Of a DNA stretch of 64,000 nt, positions 16,267 through 25,343 are shown piece after piece. The DNA is from Bdellovibrionales bacterium (GTDB taxonomy: Bacteria; Bdellovibrionota; Bdellovibrionia; Bdellovibrionales; JAGQZY01): the NCBI GenBank assembly GCA_964230645.1, contig CAXRHT010000003.1, positions 585,065 to 649,064 of the forward strand. Reading direction: 5' to 3'. The notes beneath the pieces are model-generated. The model did not search any database, was not told the DNA's origin, and worked only from the letters and a program-made list of their open reading frames with translations. The position numbers were made by a program, and so were the translations under genes. Within the stretch, counting starts at the first letter, position 1. Every line of letters starts with the position of its first letter.

Positions 16267-18276
16267 ATGGGAGAGGACGGATTCTCTCTTAAAAAGCATA
16301 TGTACAAAAGTCGAGTCATCTTTGTTTTTCTTTTCGTCGTTGCCTTGTGGGGAGCCTTAATTTTTAGAGGCGCTTATTTGCAGCTTGTTCCAAGTCCTCA
16401 GTTTGAAGCTATTAAGGAACGCCAGTTCAACCGTATGGTTAAGCTTGATTCCAGAAGAGGTGATATTCTCGATCGTGATGGCAGAGCCCTTGCGGTTTCA
16501 GTGACCTCCTACTCTCTTTTTGCCGATCCAAAAATCTTAAAAGATCCTTATGCTGCGGCAAAAAAACTCTCTCGCCATTTCCGTGTCTCGTTTCGCTCTA
16601 TATATAATAAGATAAAAAATAAAAATCGACGTTTCATTTGGTTGAAAAGAAAGCTCGACCGAGAGGACTATGAAAAAATAAAAGCTTGGGGTATTCGGGG
16701 TCTAGCATTCAAAGAAGAATTTAAAAGGATTTATCCCAATAAAACTTTAGCCTCCTCTGTTCTGGGTTTTGTAGGGCGAGAACAGCAAGGACTCTCTGGA
16801 CTTGAGAAAAAATTTGAAGGGGTTCTCACGGGCTCAGGGCGCAAAGTTCAGGTGCAAAGGGATGCCAGAGGTCGCGTTCTCATCGAAGACGGACGTTTTT
16901 TTGCGAGAAGTCCTGAGGGCTCGGACATTCATTTAACTATCGATAAAGATCTACAGTTTTGGGTGGAGTCTCAACTTCAAAAAGCGGTTAAAGAAAATGA
17001 AGCCGAAGCGGCTTGGGCTGTGGTTCTCAATCCGGCGAACTCGGAAATTTTAGCGATGTCGAGTTTTCCAAGTTTTGACTCCAATCGTCCTCTTAAAGCT
17101 TCCTCGAGCGCGCGGCGAAATAAAGCCATTCACGACATTTATGAAACGGGCAGTGTGATGAAGGCTTTCACCGTCGGCGGAGCCTTGAATAGAGGAATTG
17201 TTCATCCCAACACGCGAATTGATACCGAAGACGGAATTTTTAAAATAGGTAATCGCACCATCAAAGAGGCCGATAAGAATCACTATTTTAAAGAGCTCAC
17301 TGTCAGTGAAATCATCGCCTATTCCTCCAATGTGGGGACCTCAAAAATTGCCCTTCAGATGGGAGCTGAAACTCTGCATGAATCTCTCCTTGATTTTGGC
17401 TTTGGCCAAGAAACCGGCGTCGGTCTTCCCGGCGAGGCCAGGGGACTTCTTCATAAGCCACCCTGGCGGGATCATTTATTAGCCAACATTTCTTTCGGAC
17501 ACGGAGTGGCTGTCACAGCACTACAAGTGGCCAATGCTTACGCTGCGATCGCCAATGGAGGAGAGCTGAATCGTCCTTATATAATTAAAGAAATTAGAGA
17601 TGTGGAAAATGGTGAGGTTGTAGAGACTCCTAAAAAGACAATTCGAAGAGTTTTGAGTAAAAAGAACGCCAACCTTATGAAAATGATGCTCTCCTCGGTC
17701 GTGGCCGAAGGGGGCTCGGGTTACAAGGCTCGAATTCACGGTTATCCCGTCGCCGGGAAAACTGGAACTGCCCAAAAAGTGGATCCTAACGGACGGGGTT
17801 ACCTCAGAGGACACTATATCTCTAATTTTGCAGGCTTTGTCCCTGCCAATGACCCTCGTTATGTCATTTACGTAGCTGTTGATAGTCCAAAGAAAAAAGG
17901 CTTCTATGCTTCCACCGTGGCGGCTCCCGTTTTTAGAAGTATTGCCGAGTACGCTCTTAGAAGAGAAGGTAAGGCTCCGGTTTATCTCTCAGATCAAGAG
18001 TTGGTAAAACAACACACGGTGAATGCAGAGGAAACTGAGGCCCAAGTGCTTGAGGTCACTTTGGATGAAGTTTCTGAAAAACTCTCTCCACTGGAAAAGA
18101 TGCCGGATCTCAAAGGCCTAACCTTTAAAGAGGTGATCAAAACCCTAAATGGTTATGATGTGGATGTGAGAATGAGTGGAGAAGGTCGAGTCTATTCGAC
18201 AAGCCCTGCCCCTGGCCAAAAAGTCTCCCGCCGAATTCGCGTCCGTCTCAAAGAAAATAAAGTGGCAACAGAATAA
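16267..18276 (+). CDS. ftsI: Class B PBP FtsI/PBP3 with C-terminal PASTA-like domain
   Basis: RGDILDRDG, RIYP, GLEK, SVMK (SxxK), SSN (SxN), KTGTAQK; PASTA-like MPDLKGLT. Confidence 0.92.
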   Translation: MGEDGFSLKKHMYKSRVIFVFLFVVALWGALIFRGAYLQLVPSPQFEAIKERQFNRMVKLDSRRGDILDRDGRALAVSVTSYSLFADPKILKDPYAAAKKLSRHFRVSFRSIYNKIKNKNRRFIWLKRKLDREDYEKIKAWGIRGLAFKEEFKRIYPNKTLASSVLGFVGREQQGLSGLEKKFEGVLTGSGRKVQVQRDARGRVLIEDGRFFARSPEGSDIHLTIDKDLQFWVESQLQKAVKENEAEAAWAVVLNPANSEILAMSSFPSFDSNRPLKASSSARRNKAIHDIYETGSVMKAFTVGGALNRGIVHPNTRIDTEDGIFKIGNRTIKEADKNHYFKELTVSEIIAYSSNVGTSKIALQMGAETLHESLLDFGFGQETGVGLPGEARGLLHKPPWRDHLLANISFGHGVAVTALQVANAYAAIANGGELNRPYIIKEIRDVENGEVVETPKKTIRRVLSKKNANLMKMMLSSVVAEGGSGYKARIHGYPVAGKTGTAQKVDPNGRGYLRGHYISNFAGFVPANDPRYVIYVAVDSPKKKGFYASTVAAPVFRSIAEYALRREGKAPVYLSDQELVKQHTVNAEETEAQVLEVTLDEVSEKLSPLEKMPDLKGLTFKEVIKTLNGYDVDVRMSGEGRVYSTSPAPGQKVSRRIRVRLKENKVATE

Positions 18277-18293
18277 ATTGGTAACAGATTTTA

Positions 18294-18974
18294 TCAATGC
18301 ACAAGAGGGTGCTTCCGAATCTGCTCACATTGCCAATCGGTAAGAAAAGTGCCTCGATCAGAGGCTTTGTTGGCGAGTAGGTTTTGGGGAAAGCCTTCAT
18401 TGTGGGGGGCATTCGTAAGAATGTGAGTGATTTCATGGGCCAAAATTATATCAAGAGCTAGAGGAGTATTTTTTAGGGTCTCCATGGCTCGGTGTTCAAT
18501 AAATAGTGAATTTAAAGTGAGATGCTCAAACTCATGATCTCGACTCCAATAGGCGGCATTGGCGTAACCGGTTCCATCCGAATAGTAGCAATCCAATGAA
18601 TCAGTAAAGATCGCCACAGGACGGCCGATCCCCCGAGGGAGAGCTTCAATAACGCGGTAATCATTTTCACAAGAAAGATTCTCAAATGAAGAATCTGACA
18701 TTTGTAAAGCCGAGACAAGTTCCAGTTCCACATTGCAGTTCCTAGAGAAAACATCCTGTGCCACAGAAACGAATTTCAAAATCTCACGTTCACGCCAGGA
18801 ACTCTGACTGTTCACAACAATAGAAAGTGGTAAGGTAAGCTTTTCGTTCTTATCAGCAACTCCGTCAATTCCAAAAGACAGACGAGATAGACCTCCAAGA
18901 ACAAAAACGAAAAGGAGCCTTGCTAAAGGGTTCCAAAAAAATGGCCTTTTGGAGGAATTCTGATTCATAGCCAC
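18294..18974 (-). CDS. Secreted zinc metallopeptidase (metzincin-like)
   Basis: Signal-like N-terminus; AHEITHILTNAPH zinc motif; NLL..LTDWQC tail. Confidence 0.6.
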   Translation of the reverse strand: MAMNQNSSKRPFFWNPLARLLFVFVLGGLSRLSFGIDGVADKNEKLTLPLSIVVNSQSSWREREILKFVSVAQDVFSRNCNVELELVSALQMSDSSFENLSCENDYRVIEALPRGIGRPVAIFTDSLDCYYSDGTGYANAAYWSRDHEFEHLTLNSLFIEHRAMETLKNTPLALDIILAHEITHILTNAPHNEGFPQNLLANKASDRGTFLTDWQCEQIRKHPLVH

Positions 18975-19167
18975 AGATTAATAGAGGGGAGGTTTTAAAT
19001 CTAGAAAGCCTGAAAAATGTTTAAAAAGCGGCAACTAAAGTGACCAAAAACCAGTCACCCCAATGCCGCGCCACTCCACCCCAGGGTACCTGCTTCCCGT
19101 TGGTAGCAATGCTGCGTTACTAAGGGGGCGCGCTATCGGAACCCTCGCGAAGCAGGTACGATAGGTT

Positions 19168-20664
19168 ATGACTCTAAAGGCCTTGTTAAATACCCATGGA
19201 AAAATGGACTGGAGGGATCAGGATCCTAATTTTTCTCCCCAATCCCTCGTCATAGATAGTCGGGAGATTGAAACTGGATCTGTATTTGTCGCCCTTAAAG
19301 GCACTCAGGTGGATGGGCACGATTTTCTAAAAAAAGCCGCAGAGCTGGGGGCCGCTGCCCTGGTAGTGGAGAGCCTTTCTAACGTTCCCAAAAATTTCAA
19401 AGGTGCAGTCTTACAGGTACTTGATACAAGGCTCGTGCTTCCGCTGTTTGCGCAAAGGTTTTTTGAAAATCCGGGTGACTCGCTGATTTCCCTTGCTGTC
19501 ACAGGGACCAACGGTAAAACCAGTGTGACCTATATCGTTGAGCACTTACTCAATGGGCAAAAAAAGAATTGCGGAGTTATCGGTACAATCGATCATCATC
19601 TTGGGGAGAAAAGATGGCAGACAAATCTCACCTCTCCTGATCCGGTCACATTGAATAAAAGGCTGCACGAATTTTTAGATCAAGGGGCCCAAAGTTTTAT
19701 CATTGAGGCTTCCAGTCACGCTTTAAAACAAAATAGAGTGGCACAAAGTTTTAACGGGGTTATTTTCACGAATCTCAGTCGCGATCATTTGGATTATCAT
19801 CCCGATATGGAAGACTACTTTTCCAGTAAGGCAAAGCTTTTTTCAAGAGAGCTCCTAAAGGAGGGAAGTGATAATTTCGCTTTGATCAATAGCGATGATG
19901 AATACGGAAAAAAGTTGGTGGAGCTAACTGAGGGCCGAGTCATTTATCGTTATGGTCAAACTGAGGCGGATCTACTTATTTCTAATATCGATGATAAGCT
20001 TGGTGGAACGAGCTTTGATTTAAATCTTCCTCCCAATCAAAGTGTAAAAATAAAATCTCCTCTTATTGGAGTCCACAATGTTTACAATGTGGTGGCAGCA
20101 CTTGGAGTGATTCATGCGCTTGGGCTTAATATGCAAAAAGCGGTAAAAGATTTAGAAAGCTTCCCTGGAATACCGGGAAGACTTCAAGGGGTTCAGTCGC
20201 AATCAGGAGTTTTTGGTTTCGTGGACTATGCCCACACGCCAGATGCCCTAGAAAAGGTTTTAATAAGCCTCAAGAAATTAAAAAAAGAAACCAGTCGATT
20301 GATTTGCGTCTTCGGTTGTGGGGGAGATCGTGACCGCGGTAAAAGAGCCCTTATGGGCGAGGTCTCAAAAAAACACAGCGATCTTTCTGTGGTGACCTCG
20401 GATAACCCGCGTACCGAAGATCCCGAGAAAATCGTGGCGGAAATCATGACCGCTTTTAAACTTGATTCCCCTCCGGCCGAAGGGGGGCTACCTCACGTAG
20501 TGACCGAGGTGGGTCGAGAGAAAGCCATTAAGCTGGCTTGTTTTCAAGCCAAACCGGGGGATGTGGTCTTGATTGCAGGTAAAGGACATGAGAATTATCA
20601 AATAACAGGTACGGAAAAAAAAGATTTCGACGATTTTAAACTGTTACAAAAATATTTAAGGTAA
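19168..20664 (+). CDS. murE: UDP-MurNAc-tripeptide synthetase (mDAP-adding)
   Basis: VTGTNGKTS, TNLSRDHLDYH, DYAHTPDAL, GCGGDRD, DNPR (mDAP specificity), AGKGHE. Confidence 0.95.
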   Translation: MTLKALLNTHGKMDWRDQDPNFSPQSLVIDSREIETGSVFVALKGTQVDGHDFLKKAAELGAAALVVESLSNVPKNFKGAVLQVLDTRLVLPLFAQRFFENPGDSLISLAVTGTNGKTSVTYIVEHLLNGQKKNCGVIGTIDHHLGEKRWQTNLTSPDPVTLNKRLHEFLDQGAQSFIIEASSHALKQNRVAQSFNGVIFTNLSRDHLDYHPDMEDYFSSKAKLFSRELLKEGSDNFALINSDDEYGKKLVELTEGRVIYRYGQTEADLLISNIDDKLGGTSFDLNLPPNQSVKIKSPLIGVHNVYNVVAALGVIHALGLNMQKAVKDLESFPGIPGRLQGVQSQSGVFGFVDYAHTPDALEKVLISLKKLKKETSRLICVFGCGGDRDRGKRALMGEVSKKHSDLSVVTSDNPRTEDPEKIVAEIMTAFKLDSPPAEGGLPHVVTEVGREKAIKLACFQAKPGDVVLIAGKGHENYQITGTEKKDFDDFKLLQKYLR

Positions 20665-20668
20665 AAAA

Positions 20669-22078
20669 ATGTTTGAATTAGATTTCATCAAAGAGGCAAC
20701 CAGTGGGAGCCTTGTCAGTTCTCCTGAAAAAACTTTTACGGGATACTCCACAGATAATCGAGATGCCAATATCAAGGGCACACTTTTTATCCCCCTTGTG
20801 GGCGAGCAGCACGATGCCCATAAATTTGTGGAAAAAGCTTTAGAAAATGGAGCAGCCGGCGCCCTAGTTCATCAATGGGATGAGTCTTGGGATAAATTCA
20901 AAGACTCTAAAAGTTTTATTCAAGTGGAAGACACTCTGAAAGCTCTCCAACTTTTTGCTAAGGCCTGGCGTAAAGAGCTAAAAGGTCAGGTTCTCGCCTT
21001 AACAGGAAGCAATGGTAAAACCACGACCAAAGATTTCCTGGGACAAATTTTTTCTAACTTTGGACCCACCACGGTGAGCCAGGGGAGTTTCAATAACCAT
21101 TGGGGTGTTCCTTTTACCTTGTTGAATACGAAAAAAGAGGATCAGTTTTGCGTACTAGAAATGGGCATGAATCATGCTGGTGAGCTCATTCAACTTGTAG
21201 GAATCGGGGATCCTGATTTCGTAGGAGTGATCAATGTTGGTAACGCCCATATCGGTCATTTTGAAAATGGCATCGAGGGTGTCGCAAGAGCAAAAGAGGA
21301 AATATACGAAGCCGCTAGTCCTAGAGCTCAAAGAATTTTCAATGTCGACAACCCTTGGACGCGAGAGATGTACAAAAAGTACAGTGAGTACCCTTGTTAC
21401 ACTTATAGCTTAGAGAACTTCTCCGCTGACGTTTATTTTCGGATCAAAGAAAAAAGACCCAAAGGTTTTCTCATTGAAGGTCAAATCGGGGGAGTTCTTG
21501 GAAAGTCTGAGGTTTCTTTTTTTGGAGAGCATAATATATCCAATCTAGCCGCCGCTGTAACCTTTGCTTATATGGCTGGCTGTCGACCGGAAAAACTTTG
21601 GCCTCTTTTGCCTCAATGCCATACTGGCTGGGGAAGAAATCAATGGGTAGAATTAAAGAACGGAGCGGAACTCCTTTTTGATGGATACAATGCCAACCCC
21701 GACAGTTTCAGACAACTGCTCGAAAACAGCAAAGAAGCCATAGCAAATTCATCCAATGCTGTAGCCATTTTCGGTGAGATGTTGGAGCTTGGAAATAAGA
21801 CTGAGGAAGAGCACTATATTCTTGGAAAAGAAGCGGGAAAGCTCCCTTTCAAACAATGCCTCTTCATTGGTCCATCAGCCCCCGCCTTTAAAAAGGGTTG
21901 GGAGTCTGAGAGAAATGATAATAGCTTAAAGATTTCAGTCACTTATAAAGAATCTCTTGATATTGATCTCGAAACTGTGGTAGATAAGGACTCACTCGTA
22001 ATTGTGAAGGGATCAAGAGGTGGAGCCTTGGAGAGAGTCGTTAAGCGATTGGATCCGGTTCAGTTTTCACCAAAATAA
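20669..22078 (+). CDS. murF: UDP-MurNAc-tripeptide:D-Ala-D-Ala ligase
   Basis: TGSNGKTTTK, SFNNHWGVP, EMGMNHAGE, DGYNANPDS, KGSRG. Confidence 0.95.
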   Translation: MFELDFIKEATSGSLVSSPEKTFTGYSTDNRDANIKGTLFIPLVGEQHDAHKFVEKALENGAAGALVHQWDESWDKFKDSKSFIQVEDTLKALQLFAKAWRKELKGQVLALTGSNGKTTTKDFLGQIFSNFGPTTVSQGSFNNHWGVPFTLLNTKKEDQFCVLEMGMNHAGELIQLVGIGDPDFVGVINVGNAHIGHFENGIEGVARAKEEIYEAASPRAQRIFNVDNPWTREMYKKYSEYPCYTYSLENFSADVYFRIKEKRPKGFLIEGQIGGVLGKSEVSFFGEHNISNLAAAVTFAYMAGCRPEKLWPLLPQCHTGWGRNQWVELKNGAELLFDGYNANPDSFRQLLENSKEAIANSSNAVAIFGEMLELGNKTEEEHYILGKEAGKLPFKQCLFIGPSAPAFKKGWESERNDNSLKISVTYKESLDIDLETVVDKDSLVIVKGSRGGALERVVKRLDPVQFSPK

Positions 22079-22081
22079 AAT

Positions 22082-23161
22082 ATGCTTTATCAGTGGTTAC
22101 ATCAGTTTTCAGACCAGTACTCAGCACTCAATGTTTTTCGATACATCACTGTTCGAACGTTTATCTCTTTTTTCACGGCTTTTTTTGTTTGTTATCTGGT
22201 TGGTCCCACCTATATCCGTCGCTTAAAACTAAAACAAGGTAAGTTGTCCAATGTGCGCGAGGACACTCCTGAACGCCACCAATTAAAGGCGGGAACTCCT
22301 ACGATGGGTGGGGGCTTGATTTTACTCTCGCTCATTGTTCCCTTTTTTCTGTGGATGGATATCTCAAACCCACTAGTGATTTCGGCCATGGTGACCACTC
22401 TTGGTTTTTCTATGATCGGGTACTTGGATGATCACAATAAAGTGATAAAGAAAAACAGTAAGGGGGTCTCTGGAAAAATCAGACTCCTTGCCGAGTTTCT
22501 AGTTTCCGGTATCGTCCTTTATTTTTTAATTCAAAATGATCATTTGTCTACACGGCTCACCATGCCTTTTTTTAAAGACATCACTTTTGATTTTGGAATT
22601 TTTTATGTTTTCTTTGGCAGTCTGGTGATTGTAGGCACAGCCAATGCCGTGAATCTCACCGACGGTCTTGATGGTCTAGCGATTGGACCGGTTATTATAT
22701 GTGCAGCCACCTTTAGCATTTTTGCATACGTGGCGGGACACTTCGAAATAGCCAATTATTTAGGAATCCCATTTATTAGTGGTGCCAGTGAACTGGCGCC
22801 AGTGGCCGCGACAGTGGTCGCTGCTGGAATGGGTTTCCTATGGTTTAACACCTATCCGGCGCAAGTTTTTATGGGCGACCTTGGCTCATTAGGACTTGGT
22901 GGTTTTCTTGGAACCATGGCGGTGTTAACCAAAAATGAATTGGTTATGATTTTATTGGGAGGAGTTTTTGTAGTGGAAGCCTTGTCGGTTATCACGCAAG
23001 TGGCCTCTTTTAAATTAACAGGGAAAAGAATTTTTAAAATGGCACCAATCCATCACCACTATGAATTAAACGGCCTAGATGAAACAAAAATCATTGTGCG
23101 TTTTTGGATCGTATCCATTTTGTTAGCTGTATTAAGTTTAAGTACATTAAAGTTGAGGTAA
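22082..23161 (+). CDS. mraY: Phospho-MurNAc-pentapeptide transferase
   Basis: [39 protein letters not shown]. Confidence 0.97.
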   Translation: MLYQWLHQFSDQYSALNVFRYITVRTFISFFTAFFVCYLVGPTYIRRLKLKQGKLSNVREDTPERHQLKAGTPTMGGGLILLSLIVPFFLWMDISNPLVISAMVTTLGFSMIGYLDDHNKVIKKNSKGVSGKIRLLAEFLVSGIVLYFLIQNDHLSTRLTMPFFKDITFDFGIFYVFFGSLVIVGTANAVNLTDGLDGLAIGPVIICAATFSIFAYVAGHFEIANYLGIPFISGASELAPVAATVVAAGMGFLWFNTYPAQVFMGDLGSLGLGGFLGTMAVLTKNELVMILLGGVFVVEALSVITQVASFKLTGKRIFKMAPIHHHYELNGLDETKIIVRFWIVSILLAVLSLSTLKLR

Positions 23162-23167
23162 TAAAGT

Positions 23168-24556
23168 ATGTTTTCAGATACTTCAGAGTTGAAAGATCGT
23201 AAAATTATGGTTGTTGGCCTGGGGAGAACGGGTGTTTCTCTTTGTCGTTTTTTATCCGACCATGGAGCCAAAGTCACAGTGACGGACCACAAGTCTCGCG
23301 CTGAGCTTTCCGAAGCCCTAGAGCAAATGGAAGGTGTCCCCGTCGAATACGATCTTGGAGGTCACACCCCTAAGAAATTTCTTGAACAAGAGCTCATTAT
23401 TTTAAGTCCGGGTGTTTCACCCTATCTTAAGATTTTCGAGTACGCTCGGAACCATAATGTTAAGGTAACCGGAGAGTTTGAATTCTCCTCATGGTTTATT
23501 AAAGAGCCCATTATTTCCATTACTGGAACCAACGGAAAGACCACCACTACTTTTCTAATCTATAAAATGTTAAAAGAGTCTGGTGTCGATGTATGGGTTG
23601 GAGGCAACTACGGTCAACCACTCGTGGATTACCTACGCACAGAAAATAAAGCCAGCGTTCTTGTCCTCGAAGTTTCAAGCTTTCAACTTGAGCACTGTGA
23701 AAGATTCACTCCTCAAAATATTGTATTCACCAATTTGGCTGAAGATCACCAAGATCGTTACAAATCCATGGAAGATTACGTGAATGCCAAAAGAAGAATC
23801 TTTTTAAACACCAATCAGGCGACCACTAGCATTCTTAATGCTGATGACAACGCTGTTATTGAATTAGCTCGAGACCCGGCCGTTCAGCGTGGACGTATTT
23901 TTTACTTCTCCTGCAAAAAGGCCCTTGAACCACAAATCATGAATATCGGTGGTGTGGTTAGCATGAATCGTGATTTAAAAGTGCGCACAGGACCTGAGAT
24001 CGAACATTTTTCAATGGCAAAAAGCAAAGCACGTGGTCAACATATGATTGAAAACTTTATGGCAGCACTTTTGGCCTCTCGTGAACATGGAGCCACTTCT
24101 GAGGCCATTCAAAAAGTGATCGATGAATTTCGCGGTATTCCCCATCGTCTAGAGTACATTCGTCGTGTGGGTGGGGTAGAGTTTTTCAACGACTCCAAAG
24201 CCACTAACGTCCATGCCGTAAAAAAAGCATTGGACTCTTTTGGGGAAAACGTGATTCTGGTTATGGGTGGAAAAGACACAGGCCTTAATTACGAGCCTAT
24301 TTTTGATCATGTAAAAAGAAAGGTGAAGTCATTGATACTTTTCGGCGAAGCCAAAGAGCGTATCAATAGAGATATTGGAGATGCGGCAGAAACTTTCCTT
24401 ATCGGCACTTTTGAAGAAGCTATTTTGATCGCTTATCAAAAATCTCGAATTGGAGATATTGTGTTAATGTCTCCGGGATGTTCAAGTTTTGACATCTTTG
24501 ATAGTTACATCGAGCGTGGTAACTACTTTAAAGAAATTGTAAAGAATTTCTCCTAA
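23168..24556 (+). CDS. murD: UDP-MurNAc-L-Ala:D-Glu ligase
   Basis: GLGRTG, ITGTNGKTTT, LEVSSFQLE, NDSKATN, SPGCSSFD. Confidence 0.95.
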   Translation: MFSDTSELKDRKIMVVGLGRTGVSLCRFLSDHGAKVTVTDHKSRAELSEALEQMEGVPVEYDLGGHTPKKFLEQELIILSPGVSPYLKIFEYARNHNVKVTGEFEFSSWFIKEPIISITGTNGKTTTTFLIYKMLKESGVDVWVGGNYGQPLVDYLRTENKASVLVLEVSSFQLEHCERFTPQNIVFTNLAEDHQDRYKSMEDYVNAKRRIFLNTNQATTSILNADDNAVIELARDPAVQRGRIFYFSCKKALEPQIMNIGGVVSMNRDLKVRTGPEIEHFSMAKSKARGQHMIENFMAALLASREHGATSEAIQKVIDEFRGIPHRLEYIRRVGGVEFFNDSKATNVHAVKKALDSFGENVILVMGGKDTGLNYEPIFDHVKRKVKSLILFGEAKERINRDIGDAAETFLIGTFEEAILIAYQKSRIGDIVLMSPGCSSFDIFDSYIERGNYFKEIVKNFS

Positions 24557-24563
24557 ATTTTTC

Positions 24564-24593
24564 AAACCCTGAAGATTAGACGCTTCGGGGTTT
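24564..24593 (+). terminator. Hairpin after murD
   Basis: AAACCCTGAAG/CTTCGGGGTTT stem (one G-U pair) just after the murD stop. Confidence 0.5.
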
Positions 24594-24721
24594 ACAATAG
24601 TCTCGTCTCGTAGCTAGTCTAAAGTACGAGTATTTACCTTTGTGTTTTTGAGTTCAGATAGAAATCACTGTTCCACTGTGTTTATAATAGACAAGTTCGT
24701 AGCAATATTATTACATAAAGT

Positions 24722-25339
24722 GTGATGAATAAATTGATTAAAGTATTTTCAAATTCCAAAGGGATGAGCTTTGTTGAAATGTTAGTGGTCGTAGCGATCA
24801 TCGCTATTTTGGCGCTCATAGCTGTGCCACAATTTGAGCGCTACCAAGCCAGAGCGAGACAGGCTGAGGGGATTAATATGCTCACAGGTTTTTACCAGGC
24901 GGCTACGACAGCAAGGGCTGAATTTGGTCGTTATCCTGGTAATATGGTTCAGACCGGTTGGGCCCCCGAGGGACGAATCAATTATCGTTTTCACAATAAT
25001 AACAATCCTAGTATGCCAGCTTCAACCCGAACTTTCGACTTCGCCTGCCAAGGCACGGCTCATCCCTGTAACTGTGCTGGAGGAGGTTCTCAACCCTGTC
25101 CCAATTTTAAAACTTGGACAGAAAATTTAGTCCCCGTAGCAGGAGACGAAATTGGTGCAACGACTATTAATCCCTTCCACAGTAGCGCCTGTGGTTCTCT
25201 ACCTTCGACTACAGTTTCTAGTGACAATCGCTTCTCAGCTCGAGTGGCAGGGCGGATAATGGCAGGAGCCCCTCGCGATGCCTGGGGTATTGATGAAATG
25301 CGCACTCTGCAAAATTGCAGTGATGGTACTCTACGCTAA
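24722..25339 (+). CDS. Type IVa pilin-like protein (PilA paralog)
   Basis: Prepilin site KG|MSFVEMLVVVAIIAILALIAVPQF..YQARARQAE; six Cys in the globular domain. Confidence 0.85.
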   Translation: MMNKLIKVFSNSKGMSFVEMLVVVAIIAILALIAVPQFERYQARARQAEGINMLTGFYQAATTARAEFGRYPGNMVQTGWAPEGRINYRFHNNNNPSMPASTRTFDFACQGTAHPCNCAGGGSQPCPNFKTWTENLVPVAGDEIGATTINPFHSSACGSLPSTTVSSDNRFSARVAGRIMAGAPRDAWGIDEMRTLQNCSDGTLR

Positions 25340-25343
25340 TTAT

